In this document: one piece after another, positions 50,914 to 61,321 of the stretch
Layout of the letters: every line of letters starts with the position of its first letter
Position numbering within the stretch: the stretch's first letter is position 1
Virus record (IMG/VR): IMGVR_UViG_3300025138_000019
Strand: one strand, 5' to 3'
Length of the DNA: 64,000 nt
Source: an uncultured virus (IMG/VR IMGVR_UViG_3300025138_000019)
Taxonomy: Duplodnaviria; Heunggongvirae; Uroviricota; Caudoviricetes
Notes under the pieces: generated by a model
Seen by the model: the letters and a program-made list of their open reading frames with translations, nothing else
Told to the model about the DNA's origin: nothing
The model's database searches: none
Translations under genes and position numbers: made by a program

Positions 50914-52758
50914 TCAGCTCCCCGCCATGTTAAGTACGATGTTAGCTCTAAATTTTCTTCCACTCTCTGACATAACTCCCTTTGAAGACAATTCAGTAGA
51001 AGATGGAATCACAACTTTAGTTGCTCCTGTATGTAGGTTCTTACCTGTATTCGCTTTTATCTCGGGTGTCTGTGTCACGTTCGTTATAATGTAATCACTA
51101 CCACCCAAAGTCAGTGTTGTTCCAGATTTAAAGTTTTCTGGCTTTGCAGTCGCCAACTCTATACTAACTACAGAAGAACTTGTTTGTGTGGAGGCAACAA
51201 TTTTATCTCTTGCAGCAGATTGTGCTTTTTTTGGTTTCAATGATCTTCCCACAGAAAACAATGTAGCCTTGGCTACCACAGAAAGTGCCGGTGCATCTGG
51301 TTCTGTCGATGCAATTGCGGTAAATTTAGTTGTAGAAGCAACGACAGATTTTTCTGAAACATTTTTATCAGAAAATAACACTGTGCCATCTAATTTTTGA
51401 GCACCCTCTATCAAACCAAACTTATAAAACTCTGTCTGATCTGTGCTGTTTGCTATGTCGGTATAATCAAGAGAAGCCGTAACAGAAACTCTAGTTGCCT
51501 CTAGAACTTGTCTCAAATTAAATCCACCAATCGGCTCCATTCCAAGTGTAATTACATTTTCCAACACAGTTTTATCATTAACACCAGAAACATCTGATAG
51601 ATCAACTGTAAAGTCACTATAACCTGATCCATTGTTTTCTATTTTTATACCAGTTATGAGATATCTCTGTTGATCTTTGCTTAAACTTGCATCGTTTGTT
51701 CTTTCTGTCAACAATCTTATTGTTGCATTGGAACCGGACGATGAGAGCAAAGGAATTACCGGATTCGATACATTAATTCTTTTCTGTATATCCGTCAAAC
51801 CAGACAAATCAATTTCACAAGAAATGATTCTGCCACCAGCAGTTCGAGTGTTTATTAAACTAGATGCAGTTGAATTTGGATTATATGAGAATATGTTCTC
51901 TGCTAGTTTTTCTATGTCTGTCTTTGTTGACTTGGTTGGATCACAATTAGGACAAGAAGAACATGTAGATCCGCCAGGTCCTAATTTTTCGGTAAAGGTA
52001 CTTTCTAAATCTAAAGAATTTGCGATAGTGTCACAATCCATACATGTTGTGCAAGAGAATGACATAACAAGGTCGCTCTTTCCAAAAGTGGCACCTTTAG
52101 ATTGTGAGAATCCACCTTCTCTTGCATATAAACAACAAGATCCAGTTTGTCCAGCACCAGTAGGGCAAATTTGCAGAGCTTTCGTGGTGAGAGAACCCGT
52201 TTTTGTTTTTATATCAGAAAAATCAAATGGATCGGGGACTGCGATCCATTTGTCAAAGTTTACTGAATTCTTTTGACCCAAATCTTCTCTGAAAAGAAAC
52301 AGATATGAGTAACCATCCTTTTCTGTGACAATACCAGATTGGTGTGTTGGCATAACATTTGCAACTGGTTGTAGGGGTGTCCCGTTGAACTGTTTATTGT
52401 TTAGTGGATTATTACCTAGAACCAAATAAGTGCTTCCATTTGGTGTAATTAGATAATAATTTTTTCCTGTGTTGGAGTCTTCTGGATTCCATGCATAATA
52501 TGGTGATCCTTGTGCCCATTTTACTCTTCTTGCTACAACCTTAACATCGTCGGCCGATATTTTTGAATATAGTGTTGCATCACTTCCTGCATCAATCTGA
52601 TCTTTTGCTGTGTTCAGAGTACCAGCTCTTCCTGTTGGTTCAGGTGAACCCAGAAATAATGACAAAGATCTATCCCCTTTTTGGATAGACTTCACGAATT
52701 GGTGTGCGTTGTTGGCACCCAGTCCTATTGGTGAAATGTTGTTTTTAGTTACAGCCAT
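50914..52758 (-). CDS. gp8: Baseplate wedge protein gp8-like
   Basis: VARRVKW..G..Y, YLVL.N, PTH..G....DGY.YLFLF, F..FGLI; follows gp6/gp7. Confidence 0.75.
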   Translation of the reverse strand: MAVTKNNISPIGLGANNAHQFVKSIQKGDRSLSLFLGSPEPTGRAGTLNTAKDQIDAGSDATLYSKISADDVKVVARRVKWAQGSPYYAWNPEDSNTGKNYYLITPNGSTYLVLGNNPLNNKQFNGTPLQPVANVMPTHQSGIVTEKDGYSYLFLFREDLGQKNSVNFDKWIAVPDPFDFSDIKTKTGSLTTKALQICPTGAGQTGSCCLYAREGGFSQSKGATFGKSDLVMSFSCTTCMDCDTIANSLDLESTFTEKLGPGGSTCSSCPNCDPTKSTKTDIEKLAENIFSYNPNSTASSLINTRTAGGRIISCEIDLSGLTDIQKRINVSNPVIPLLSSSGSNATIRLLTERTNDASLSKDQQRYLITGIKIENNGSGYSDFTVDLSDVSGVNDKTVLENVITLGMEPIGGFNLRQVLEATRVSVTASLDYTDIANSTDQTEFYKFGLIEGAQKLDGTVLFSDKNVSEKSVVASTTKFTAIASTEPDAPALSVVAKATLFSVGRSLKPKKAQSAARDKIVASTQTSSSVVSIELATAKPENFKSGTTLTLGGSDYIITNVTQTPEIKANTGKNLHTGATKVVIPSSTELSSKGVMSESGRKFRANIVLNMAGS

Positions 52759-52770
52759 TCTTCTTTCCTA

Positions 52771-54060
52771 TTAAGTACAGTTACCATCAGCAGCACACAG
52801 ATTATCACAACTAGTTATACCTAAATTCGGATTAGTTACACCATCTATATTTAGGGGTAAAAATAACATATCAAAAACCTTCAAATCACCAATCGGAGTT
52901 TCACCGCTTACACCACTAGCCCAGTTTGGGTGTACAAACGAGGGCATATTATATGTATTACCAGAAATTGCATCGGAGCTGGGAGATCCAGAACATCCGG
53001 CTATTGCATCAAATCCAATTATATTTTCCATTGAAAATACAACATAATTACCTATCTGTGGGTTTTCGAAGAATCGAGGATCTAGTCCATCGAAGGTAGA
53101 TCCCACCACGGCAGGATTATAGTCATCTATTGTTGTTTGGAAAAATACTCTGGTGCCTATTGGGTGTAGAATATTATTATAAGAAACTTCATAATCAGCC
53201 AAAACTGGAATATCTTCTGCTTGTTCTGTCAAAAGATTTACAGTGTATGTAAAATCATTAAAGAATCTGTCAGTCATTCTTCCGTAGTTAAGAAGAGCAT
53301 TTTCGCTTGCTTCTGAACCAAAAAATCCACCAGAAGATCCAGTATTGGTTGCGATGTTACCAAGATTCAACCGCATCATCTCAGTTTTTGGTTCTTGAAC
53401 CTGAACACCATTTACTTTATCAAAAATTGTCGTAAAGAATCTCGATATTGCTTCTGGAGTTGTTTTTCTTCCATAAAGCTTATCTTTTATATTCTTAATT
53501 AATCTCTTGGTACTATTGACATCAACTAAATTTAAATTCACTAATCCGTCAACAAAGGTATTGATAAAATGTTGAGCAGTAGTCTGATCCATAAATTCAA
53601 TATCTTGAATTCTTTCTATTGTATCTACTCTATACTTTGCCCCAGCATTTTTATCACAATATAACCAATTATAGTAATACTGCAAAAATTTAACAAACAA
53701 AGTTTTTTCGTTACGATCTTCAACCTTCATCCAAAACGGGACAAATTTTCTCACATCATATGCAATACCACAACTGTCTGTTAATAAATTTGGTATTCCA
53801 TCCGCGTCCAATACTGGACCAGATGAAGGTACTTCCGAATCACCGAGCTGATTGTCTATGCCATTATCGGCCAAAGGACCTGGTATAACAGGTTTATTAT
53901 TGTCGGAAGTGTCAGAACTAATAAAATTAACAAATTCTTCTATTACTTTATCTAAATCCAAATCTTTATTAAGGGACAATTCAACTAAAGCCTGATCTTC
54001 TCTTTTAGAAGCCAGACTAGAGCCTTTTTTTACCTCATCTGAAAACGGAATTAGTGACAA
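52771..54060 (-). CDS. gp7: Baseplate wedge protein gp7-like (short)
   Basis: FVKFLQYYY.WL, LIKNIK..Y..K.T, F.Y, LHPIG..F. Confidence 0.65.
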   Translation of the reverse strand: MSLIPFSDEVKKGSSLASKREDQALVELSLNKDLDLDKVIEEFVNFISSDTSDNNKPVIPGPLADNGIDNQLGDSEVPSSGPVLDADGIPNLLTDSCGIAYDVRKFVPFWMKVEDRNEKTLFVKFLQYYYNWLYCDKNAGAKYRVDTIERIQDIEFMDQTTAQHFINTFVDGLVNLNLVDVNSTKRLIKNIKDKLYGRKTTPEAISRFFTTIFDKVNGVQVQEPKTEMMRLNLGNIATNTGSSGGFFGSEASENALLNYGRMTDRFFNDFTYTVNLLTEQAEDIPVLADYEVSYNNILHPIGTRVFFQTTIDDYNPAVVGSTFDGLDPRFFENPQIGNYVVFSMENIIGFDAIAGCSGSPSSDAISGNTYNMPSFVHPNWASGVSGETPIGDLKVFDMLFLPLNIDGVTNPNLGITSCDNLCAADGNCT

Positions 54061-54070
54061 AATTTATCCC

Positions 54071-55918
54071 TCATGAATTTACTAGTCTTACTGAATTTGC
54101 AATTGGATTTATAATAACCTGGCGAACCCCCGAAACAGAAGTTATATCAAAAGGATTTGCAGTTAAAGTAAAGGGTCCTCTTGTGATTCCACTATTAATT
54201 TTTACAATCCCTGTGTCGAGATCAACATAACCAATACCAACATCTTCAACCACAGCACTACCTTCGTCTTCGATTAATCTAAGACTAAAGCGTCGAGTTG
54301 GAACTCCGGGTATTTGTTGACCCTGCGATAAACGACAAGGAACAGAACTGAGTGGACTAGAAAACGAGTTTCCGCTCGTCATATAAAATACTGCCAATTT
54401 ATTACCAAAGTAAAATGTTTTTTCTCTTGTATTTGAAGTTGAACTCGATATGTTAAATGCACAGATAAAGAATGGATATGACAAATCAGTTTTGTCTGGA
54501 TTTACAATTGGAACTATGCCCGGATCAATACTCTCTATATCTTGACCTAAAGCTAGTGTATCTAAAGAGTAATTAAACTTTCTATTTGTAATTCTATTGA
54601 AAGCTTGATTTATTTCAGAGATGACTTGCTCGTCGGATTTTATTGCGTTTGTTTTGTCTCTTCTTACTATCAAGTCTACGTTGGCATTAACAAACTCAGC
54701 CTTTTTATATTCCGGTATAATAGTTACTACTGTTTTTTCTCGTAATATTTTTATAGCTTCTTCTGCGTTAGGGGAAGAAGGATCAATTGCATTTTGGTTT
54801 CCATCAACTAAAGAAACAAAAAGTCTTCCTAATACTGGAGGGCTTAGTTCATCACCACCAAATACACTAATAAACTTATTGGGATCGCCTTCTCCCTGAC
54901 CAAATCCAGCTTCATTTAAAAGTGCAAGACAATCATTTTTAGTAACAGCTCTGTCTTGCGCCGCAAATGTTTTTGGTATGAAGAATCTAAGGTTATCTGG
55001 ATCTGGATCATCTTTACCGCCGGAAGAGTTGCCAGTTTGTGGGACTAACTGTGTTCCCGAATTGAGTGATATTTGTGTTCCGCCGTCTATTGAATTGGGA
55101 ATGGTTTTGTAAGCAAAGAATCCATAGTTGTTTCCTGCTTGACCACCGGACACCAAATACGAAACTCTAACAATACTGTTTGTGTTTAGTCCAGATCCTA
55201 TAACAATTCCGGTACTGGGATCATATCTCCCACTGAAATTAACATAGAATCCATTTCTTTCTCTTTCTAAAAAGTAGACTGTATCGTCTTCGAATATGTT
55301 TGGAGCAAAAGTACCACTTCTTCTGTACTCAACAAACGTACCTGTTCCTTCGACATCAACTTCAACTTTAATTGTTCTAATGTCAATGTCTGTGCTAGGA
55401 AGAAAAACTCTTTGTTGTTCTGGTTCAGTTTCAAAAATTTGTTCTATCACTGCTTCTGTCGCTTGATATGCATCAAAAATTGCAATCGGTTCTTCTGTCC
55501 CCGGAATATTCTGTAGAGTAAACTCTTTTGCGTTAAAGAACGTAGTTGTTTGTCCATTTGCATTAGTTGCTTGGATTGGCTGAAAAGCAGCAACCGAAGC
55601 TCCGGCTTCGCCGGCTACTCGCAATTTTAAACTTACCGAAGAAGAAATTCTACCGGGAACAACATAACCCATTGGTTTTGCTAAAGATATTAAAGAATCA
55701 GGTCTTTGTGCCGTATCAATGAACATCTCATTTGCAAACATGTTATTATAGAATGCATAATAAAAACTGTTATAAGCCAAAAGATCAACTAAGGTTCCAA
55801 TGGCAGATCCATCAAAGGAAAAATCTTTAAACTCTTCTTGTCCACCAAGAAATGACTTTAGACTTGCTTTGATTTCATCGAAATCTAAACTACCTAGTTC
55901 AATTTTGGGATTGCTCAT
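54071..55918 (-). CDS. gp6: Baseplate wedge protein
   Basis: LDFDEIK.SLK.FL..Q.EFKDF.F.GS, NEMFIDTA, QDRAVT..D. Confidence 0.92.
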   Translation of the reverse strand: MSNPKIELGSLDFDEIKASLKSFLGGQEEFKDFSFDGSAIGTLVDLLAYNSFYYAFYNNMFANEMFIDTAQRPDSLISLAKPMGYVVPGRISSSVSLKLRVAGEAGASVAAFQPIQATNANGQTTTFFNAKEFTLQNIPGTEEPIAIFDAYQATEAVIEQIFETEPEQQRVFLPSTDIDIRTIKVEVDVEGTGTFVEYRRSGTFAPNIFEDDTVYFLERERNGFYVNFSGRYDPSTGIVIGSGLNTNSIVRVSYLVSGGQAGNNYGFFAYKTIPNSIDGGTQISLNSGTQLVPQTGNSSGGKDDPDPDNLRFFIPKTFAAQDRAVTKNDCLALLNEAGFGQGEGDPNKFISVFGGDELSPPVLGRLFVSLVDGNQNAIDPSSPNAEEAIKILREKTVVTIIPEYKKAEFVNANVDLIVRRDKTNAIKSDEQVISEINQAFNRITNRKFNYSLDTLALGQDIESIDPGIVPIVNPDKTDLSYPFFICAFNISSSTSNTREKTFYFGNKLAVFYMTSGNSFSSPLSSVPCRLSQGQQIPGVPTRRFSLRLIEDEGSAVVEDVGIGYVDLDTGIVKINSGITRGPFTLTANPFDITSVSGVRQVIINPIANSVRLVNS

Positions 55919-56310
55919 TATCGAAGCCTTTCTAACTCAACCACAATTGTGGATGTATCGGTAACAGTTGTGTCCTGCAAAATAACCTTGTAAGTAACTC
56001 TAACATCAACATCAAAATTACTCTCCCTCTCCAGAATTTCAATTTTTTCTAGAGTGGCTCTGGGTTCATATCTTGCTATTAAGTTTTCCCATCTGTGTTG
56101 CAGTATACCATAATCAATAGCATTATCATTCTCAAACAAGTACTCATATAACCCACCACCGAAGTCCTCATCAAATGGTCTTTCTCCAAGTCCAGTCAGT
56201 ATTATATTCTGAATAGACTGACGAACTGCATTTATATCAGTCTTCTTATTTACGTCTTTCGTAAAAGAATTCAATCCAAAACTAAAATCTAAGTCTGAAT
56301 AAATGGGCAT
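55918..56310 (-). CDS. gp25: Baseplate wedge subunit
   Basis: YSDLD.SF, AVRQSI.NIILT..GERPF..DFG, YEPR, LERLR. Confidence 0.93.
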   Translation of the reverse strand: MPIYSDLDFSFGLNSFTKDVNKKTDINAVRQSIQNIILTGLGERPFDEDFGGGLYEYLFENDNAIDYGILQHRWENLIARYEPRATLEKIEILERESNFDVDVRVTYKVILQDTTVTDTSTIVVELERLR

Positions 56311-56331
56311 GTGATGATTCCTTGGCTACTG

Positions 56332-56338
56332 TATTTAG
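56332..56338 (-). promoter_or_regulatory. Late promoter variant CTAAATA (gp25 operon)
   Basis: Intergenic TAAATA core upstream of an AAGGA RBS. Confidence 0.5.
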
Positions 56339-56348
56339 CCAATATTTT

Positions 56349-57242
56349 TTACTGGATATCTTTCAACCAGTCAGTGATTTCTTCGGATTCTTCTGGGCTT
56401 TTCAACAAACTATCTCTAGTTAAAGTAAGTCTCATGAAGTAAATTGTTGGATCATTCATTTCATGTGTAATTTCTTGAATCATCCATTTACCACTCAAAT
56501 TCTTTTCTTCTATATTAGGATCGGCCTCTTCTGGTGGAATAGTGATTCTTATGATATGACCTGGTCTTAGATTTAGATTACCAACCATACCAATTTGTAT
56601 GACCTGCGAACTTGCCAATTGTCCTTGAGCGTTTCTATACAACGGAGTGTGTGGCGGAGTATCCCAAAAAGTGGCTAAACTTTTCGTATATTCCATATAT
56701 TCATGAAATTTATCCCCAATACACGGACAATTACAACTACTAGGACTATTTGGTTCGTCCCACAAACAACCGAGATACTCTTCACCTAAAACATCTTCTA
56801 TTTTAAGGCATTCTTTTGTATCTAAAACCATATCATCCAGTTCATCATCAGTTGGATCTGGATCTATTGGAAATTCAAGTAATGCAGTTTTTGCATCAGC
56901 CAATGTTTCAAACTGAATAAAGTTCCATTCATCATCCAAACCCTCTTGTTCTAAAACGACATAGTTAGTCGTAGAGTCAAGATTTACAATACTTCCAAAT
57001 CTAGACCTAAACCACTGTATGAAATCCAGTTTTTCATATATTTTTGCTTTCCTTGGTTGTAGATCTTTACATGGGCAGTTACAGTATGGATCATCCTCGG
57101 GACATCCAGCGTTGCTAACTTCTCCGCCAGGATTTGCACAAATATACTCGTCACGATATGCATACTTTGTGTTCATTTTTGTTTTTTTGCCCTCTTTTAC
57201 ATATTTTCGGAGAGCGTCTATTATTTGTAGATCAGTAGCCAT
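56349..57242 (-). CDS. Baseplate hub (gp27-like) C-terminal part with Cys-rich insertions
   Basis: I.I...GN.NL.PG..I.I.IP....LSGKWMI..ITH......L.L.RDS ending. Start taken at MATD. Confidence 0.6.
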   Translation of the reverse strand: MATDLQIIDALRKYVKEGKKTKMNTKYAYRDEYICANPGGEVSNAGCPEDDPYCNCPCKDLQPRKAKIYEKLDFIQWFRSRFGSIVNLDSTTNYVVLEQEGLDDEWNFIQFETLADAKTALLEFPIDPDPTDDELDDMVLDTKECLKIEDVLGEEYLGCLWDEPNSPSSCNCPCIGDKFHEYMEYTKSLATFWDTPPHTPLYRNAQGQLASSQVIQIGMVGNLNLRPGHIIRITIPPEEADPNIEEKNLSGKWMIQEITHEMNDPTIYFMRLTLTRDSLLKSPEESEEITDWLKDIQ

Positions 57243-59469
57243 TGTTACAATCTCCCTCACAAAGACCATCATGGGCATTTTCTGCACTGAAGTAATAAAT
57301 TTTCTTTTTGTCCCCAGTATAACCTTGTGTCAACTTCAATCCAAACAAAGTCAAATCAGTTTGATCAATAACAGATAAGTTTACGACTTGTCCAATAGAA
57401 GTCTGTGGACAGTAATCCCCGGTCGATGTTATGTGATAAGATCCAATAGGGTTTGGTGTATATCCTCTGGGATAATCTGTGCTGTCTTTGTTTGTGTTGA
57501 CTCCAGGTCCAACTAAAGTATCAGCTTCTTTTTCATATGGTGGGTTATCAGGAATATCCGGAAGGCCATCTTCTTCCGCAAAATTAAACAAAGATCTATT
57601 CATCACTTCATTTAAGTTGTAAGCTCCTGTATAATCGTAAGTATATCCTCTCCCACCATAGTTCTTTTTAAGAACAAGGAAAGGAGAATATACATCATTA
57701 TAAAAATCTAAAGTAAATCCTTCTGTGAATTTACCTCGCATTTCTTCGATTGTCAAATTACCAAATATTGCGGCTCGTAGGTTACTTGGAATGGAATCAA
57801 ACACAGAGTCGTCCGAGCCTCTTATGTTTGCAATCCCATGCAAATCTTTTAAGATTAAATCTTCGCCGGTATTTACATTTTCCAGACCAGGAACTGTGAT
57901 ATTGTTAATTGTTCCTACCGAGGCACCATACCAGTCTAAAATTTCATCATCATCAGTTACTGCAAAGATAGGATCTGCGGTCAATCCCATGAAATTCAGA
58001 AGTTCTATCTTTGGTATTAACTCTATTTCTTTCCACTCATATCTAAAAATATTTTTTGCTATTGGATAATAGTCTGTTATTAATACACTTTTCAATTCAT
58101 CCTGATCATCAGCGATACAACAAACAGAATACTTGTAAATATTCCACTTCTCTTTTAAATCCCTTTTTCTTCTATATTCATCCAACGCTTGGGAAACTGG
58201 TGCTTTTATTTCCCTTTTAATTTTCTTGAGAGTTTCTATATTTAACTCAGACATATCCAAATAGTTTTGCCAAAGTTCATTTGGATATTCAGATGTCAGC
58301 CCTCTGATGTACTCCATATCAGAGTTTTCGTTGTATTTTCCTTTATCAGACCAACCCCAGATATCATCATAGTTTTTATGAGCCTCAGTCTGAACCAATT
58401 CAAAATCATCCGGAATTAAGTGATATGATTCTAACTTTTTCCACTTTTCTTTATCTTCCTGATAATTATATTCATACGTTTTATATAAATACTTTTCATC
58501 ATCGAATAAGAATCTAGCATATGGATCAAAATAATTTGGTTTGACTATTGTATATCTTCCAAGAAAAGCAGAGCGATCTGACATGTTTCTGGTAAATGAC
58601 ATACCAGAATCATCAACTAGCTTTTTGATTCTAAATGGATCTAGTTCATTAGAAGAAACTGAATATGAGTTTTTACCCGTTGACAACTGCTCGGCTTCCT
58701 CTCCCAATAAAGCCTCATGTGACTTATAGTGCCAACCATCAAAGTCTTGCCAAAAGAAATACAAACACGCATTTGGATTTTCTTTTCTAACAGAAAAGGA
58801 AGCGGCGTAGTTTATAAGCTCCATCAAGGCCATAGAAATAACAGGTTTTCTTTGTGGTAAAGAAAGGTTATTACCTCTAATCCAAATTGAATTTTGTGTA
58901 TCTTCTATTTCGAAAGGTTCATCAGAAAAATATTTACCCGCAAGATAATCAATAAGTCCCGGACTACCATCAGCATCATTCCCTGCTATCTTACCCATGA
59001 ATTCAGTATCACCAGCAAAAGGTATTTCTGATTCATAATATTTCACAGCTTGCTTTGATGAAAACTTTAATTGATAATATCTAAGTTGTTGTCCACCGCT
59101 TGTTCTGGTTGTGGTTGTTGGACTCTGTAATTCAACGAACTCATAAACATAAAATGTAGCAGTTTTCCTTGCTTGAACATCTTCAACTGCACTCTCAAAG
59201 TCAAGTTCTATTTTTTCATTACCAGTAAAGTTAAAATTATCAATGATATCACCTACACCCAATATGATCAAGTTTCCTGTCATACTGGGACTCAATAATG
59301 ATTCTGATATAGACATACCACCAAATTGAGATGGTGAGCCTACTGCCAATTGAGCTTCCTGAACATCTTCACCAAGAACACCCATGGAAGAAATTTCATT
59401 TCCATTCAGGTCTTCTTTGATTATCTTAAGTTTGTGTATATTACAAGATTTATAATAAATATCAGCCAT
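57232..59469 (-). CDS. Baseplate hub (gp27-like) N-terminal part
   Basis: ISESLLSP.MTG.L.I......F.FTGNE.I...F and YFFWQD..GWHYKS; follows gp53. Confidence 0.6.
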   Translation of the reverse strand: MADIYYKSCNIHKLKIIKEDLNGNEISSMGVLGEDVQEAQLAVGSPSQFGGMSISESLLSPSMTGNLIILGVGDIIDNFNFTGNEKIELDFESAVEDVQARKTATFYVYEFVELQSPTTTTRTSGGQQLRYYQLKFSSKQAVKYYESEIPFAGDTEFMGKIAGNDADGSPGLIDYLAGKYFSDEPFEIEDTQNSIWIRGNNLSLPQRKPVISMALMELINYAASFSVRKENPNACLYFFWQDFDGWHYKSHEALLGEEAEQLSTGKNSYSVSSNELDPFRIKKLVDDSGMSFTRNMSDRSAFLGRYTIVKPNYFDPYARFLFDDEKYLYKTYEYNYQEDKEKWKKLESYHLIPDDFELVQTEAHKNYDDIWGWSDKGKYNENSDMEYIRGLTSEYPNELWQNYLDMSELNIETLKKIKREIKAPVSQALDEYRRKRDLKEKWNIYKYSVCCIADDQDELKSVLITDYYPIAKNIFRYEWKEIELIPKIELLNFMGLTADPIFAVTDDDEILDWYGASVGTINNITVPGLENVNTGEDLILKDLHGIANIRGSDDSVFDSIPSNLRAAIFGNLTIEEMRGKFTEGFTLDFYNDVYSPFLVLKKNYGGRGYTYDYTGAYNLNEVMNRSLFNFAEEDGLPDIPDNPPYEKEADTLVGPGVNTNKDSTDYPRGYTPNPIGSYHITSTGDYCPQTSIGQVVNLSVIDQTDLTLFGLKLTQGYTGDKKKIYYFSAENAHDGLCEGDCNNGY

Positions 59470-60380
59470 TATGCTATAACCCTAGATCCTCTTCTGCTAG
59501 TTCCTCGGATCATATTAAAATATGCTTGTTTTATTTTAGGAATAAACTTTTTATTTGGAATTTTTAGTATTCTTTTAGAATTATTAATCTTTTCTCTTTC
59601 GAACCGAAGAGAAGTCGTCGGAGGAGTAGTTTCATTATGAATGAATTTATACAAAGCAGTTTCAGTATTTAAATTATTAGAAAAATCAAACTGTTCTGTC
59701 ACCGATCCAGCAGAATCTAATTTTCTATAAGGAGAAATTTCAATTCTACCACCATCCGTTAGAGTAATGAACTTCATCAACATGTCTTTTTCTATTTGTT
59801 TTTTATATCTAACTTTAGAATCACCAGTACCATAAACTAAATCATATGTATTTGTTGTTAGGTTTTTTCTGTAAACATAAAGAAGAGGACTTGTTTTTAA
59901 ATTATCTTCATTGGATGTATTTGTAAATTCTTCTTTTACAACTATTCTTCTAAACTTTTTGTCATAGTACTTTACAACACCAGCTTCTTTCCATTTATCA
60001 GAAGAAAGCGCAGTATAAAATACAACAACATCACCTGATTTTATTTTATCCAAAACATCATCAAAGTAATAAGCGGTCCCCCGGAAATCTCTTTCCAATG
60101 AATTCTGTTCTTCATCGTAAGAAAGAGGAAAATCCTTATGTGAAATCATCTCATTAAAAAGACCTATCACAAAGAATGCCGAGTGATCCAAATATTCATT
60201 ATATGCCAGTTTGTCCAAAGAATCAGATTCAATATACTGATAATTTTTGAAAGCAGAAAGATCCTTTTTAAAAGTCTCTGTGAATTTTGCTGTTCTAAAA
60301 ATATCAACCACTTCAAAAACTTGATTATTTGGCATTGTGTATGATGTTTTGGGAAACTTTTTAAAGTAATTACTACTCAT
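59469..60380 (-). CDS. gp53: Baseplate wedge protein
   Basis: YFKKFP...Y, DIFR, LA...Y LysM-like segment, E...N..KR.LKI. Confidence 0.85.
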   Translation of the reverse strand: MSSNYFKKFPKTSYTMPNNQVFEVVDIFRTAKFTETFKKDLSAFKNYQYIESDSLDKLAYNEYLDHSAFFVIGLFNEMISHKDFPLSYDEEQNSLERDFRGTAYYFDDVLDKIKSGDVVVFYTALSSDKWKEAGVVKYYDKKFRRIVVKEEFTNTSNEDNLKTSPLLYVYRKNLTTNTYDLVYGTGDSKVRYKKQIEKDMLMKFITLTDGGRIEISPYRKLDSAGSVTEQFDFSNNLNTETALYKFIHNETTPPTTSLRFEREKINNSKRILKIPNKKFIPKIKQAYFNMIRGTSRRGSRVIA

Positions 60381-61285
60381 GATTGGAACGCCTCTGATCT
60401 GGTTTGAATTCCAGCACGAGGATTGGCCCCGCCTGATGTTTGTGATGCGTTAAACAGGATTGGTTCTATTTCCGTAAACTTAACAACAAGTTCCGTTTTC
60501 ATGGGATAGATATTGCCTTCCCCGTCTTCAGCCATAGACTTTGTGTCATTTACTACAGATACATCAGATATACCGCACAATTTTGGAGTTCCTATAGTTT
60601 GTTCTGTTATATCAATTCCATTATCCCTCTTACATTCAATTGTCCACATGAAAGGAGCAAGAACTCTAGACAACGGACTCAATATATCTTTTTGTCCCAA
60701 CGAATATGCTTCAAACGCAGAAGAAATATTAGAAATCGCCGTAACGTCGGCCCTACCTCGGGGAACTAATGACCACTTAAATGTAAAGTCTCTTTGTGTT
60801 GTGGATTTCCAAGTCATTTCTTGGGACATCATATTCCTTCTTGAAGTTGTCAGCTCACTGGTCTGATCCGAGACCGTATTGATGGCAATCTTTCCGGCTT
60901 GTTTGGCGAGGGTTTGTACTGGAGACATTGCATCAATGACCACCGACCCCGCAGCGCCTTTTATTCCATTCCTAGCGTAGGCAGAACTTGTTCTATTAAT
61001 TATTCCCATAGATTCGACTCCCTGACTAGCCGAGGCGGTGGCCGTTTTACTTATATTGTATGTCTTTGTGGAATCTTCTGGCTCATAATTGTTACCAGTA
61101 CTTCTTGCTAAATCTTGTGGTAATGGTAGTCTGATCAGTGCGTAAACAGGAATTGCAGAAGGATTTCCCCTTGCTTGCGCTGTACCAGCATATTTTCTGC
61201 ATGTAATATACATATAACTGTCAATCTCAGATGGAAGCTCTCTGTTTATGGCAGGATAGGCAAAATTTGGGTTAGATACTGGCAT
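60377..61285 (-). CDS. gp48: Baseplate tail tube cap
   Basis: I.LPLP..L, R.FTFKW.L.PR, C.I.DVSV, L...FTEIE; divergent from gp4. Confidence 0.75.
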   Translation of the reverse strand: MPVSNPNFAYPAINRELPSEIDSYMYITCRKYAGTAQARGNPSAIPVYALIRLPLPQDLARSTGNNYEPEDSTKTYNISKTATASASQGVESMGIINRTSSAYARNGIKGAAGSVVIDAMSPVQTLAKQAGKIAINTVSDQTSELTTSRRNMMSQEMTWKSTTQRDFTFKWSLVPRGRADVTAISNISSAFEAYSLGQKDILSPLSRVLAPFMWTIECKRDNGIDITEQTIGTPKLCGISDVSVVNDTKSMAEDGEGNIYPMKTELVVKFTEIEPILFNASQTSGGANPRAGIQTRSEAFQS

Positions 61286-61321
61286 TTTTTCTCCTTGGGC
61301 CTAACTATATATGTTAGAACT

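Noticed and set aside
61175..61321. N-terminal extensions given by the ORF track (gp4 here; likewise regA, the MTase and 56349..57287)
   Set aside because: They overlap neighbouring genes. Downstream Met codons match family N-termini, RBS positions or stop-start coupling.
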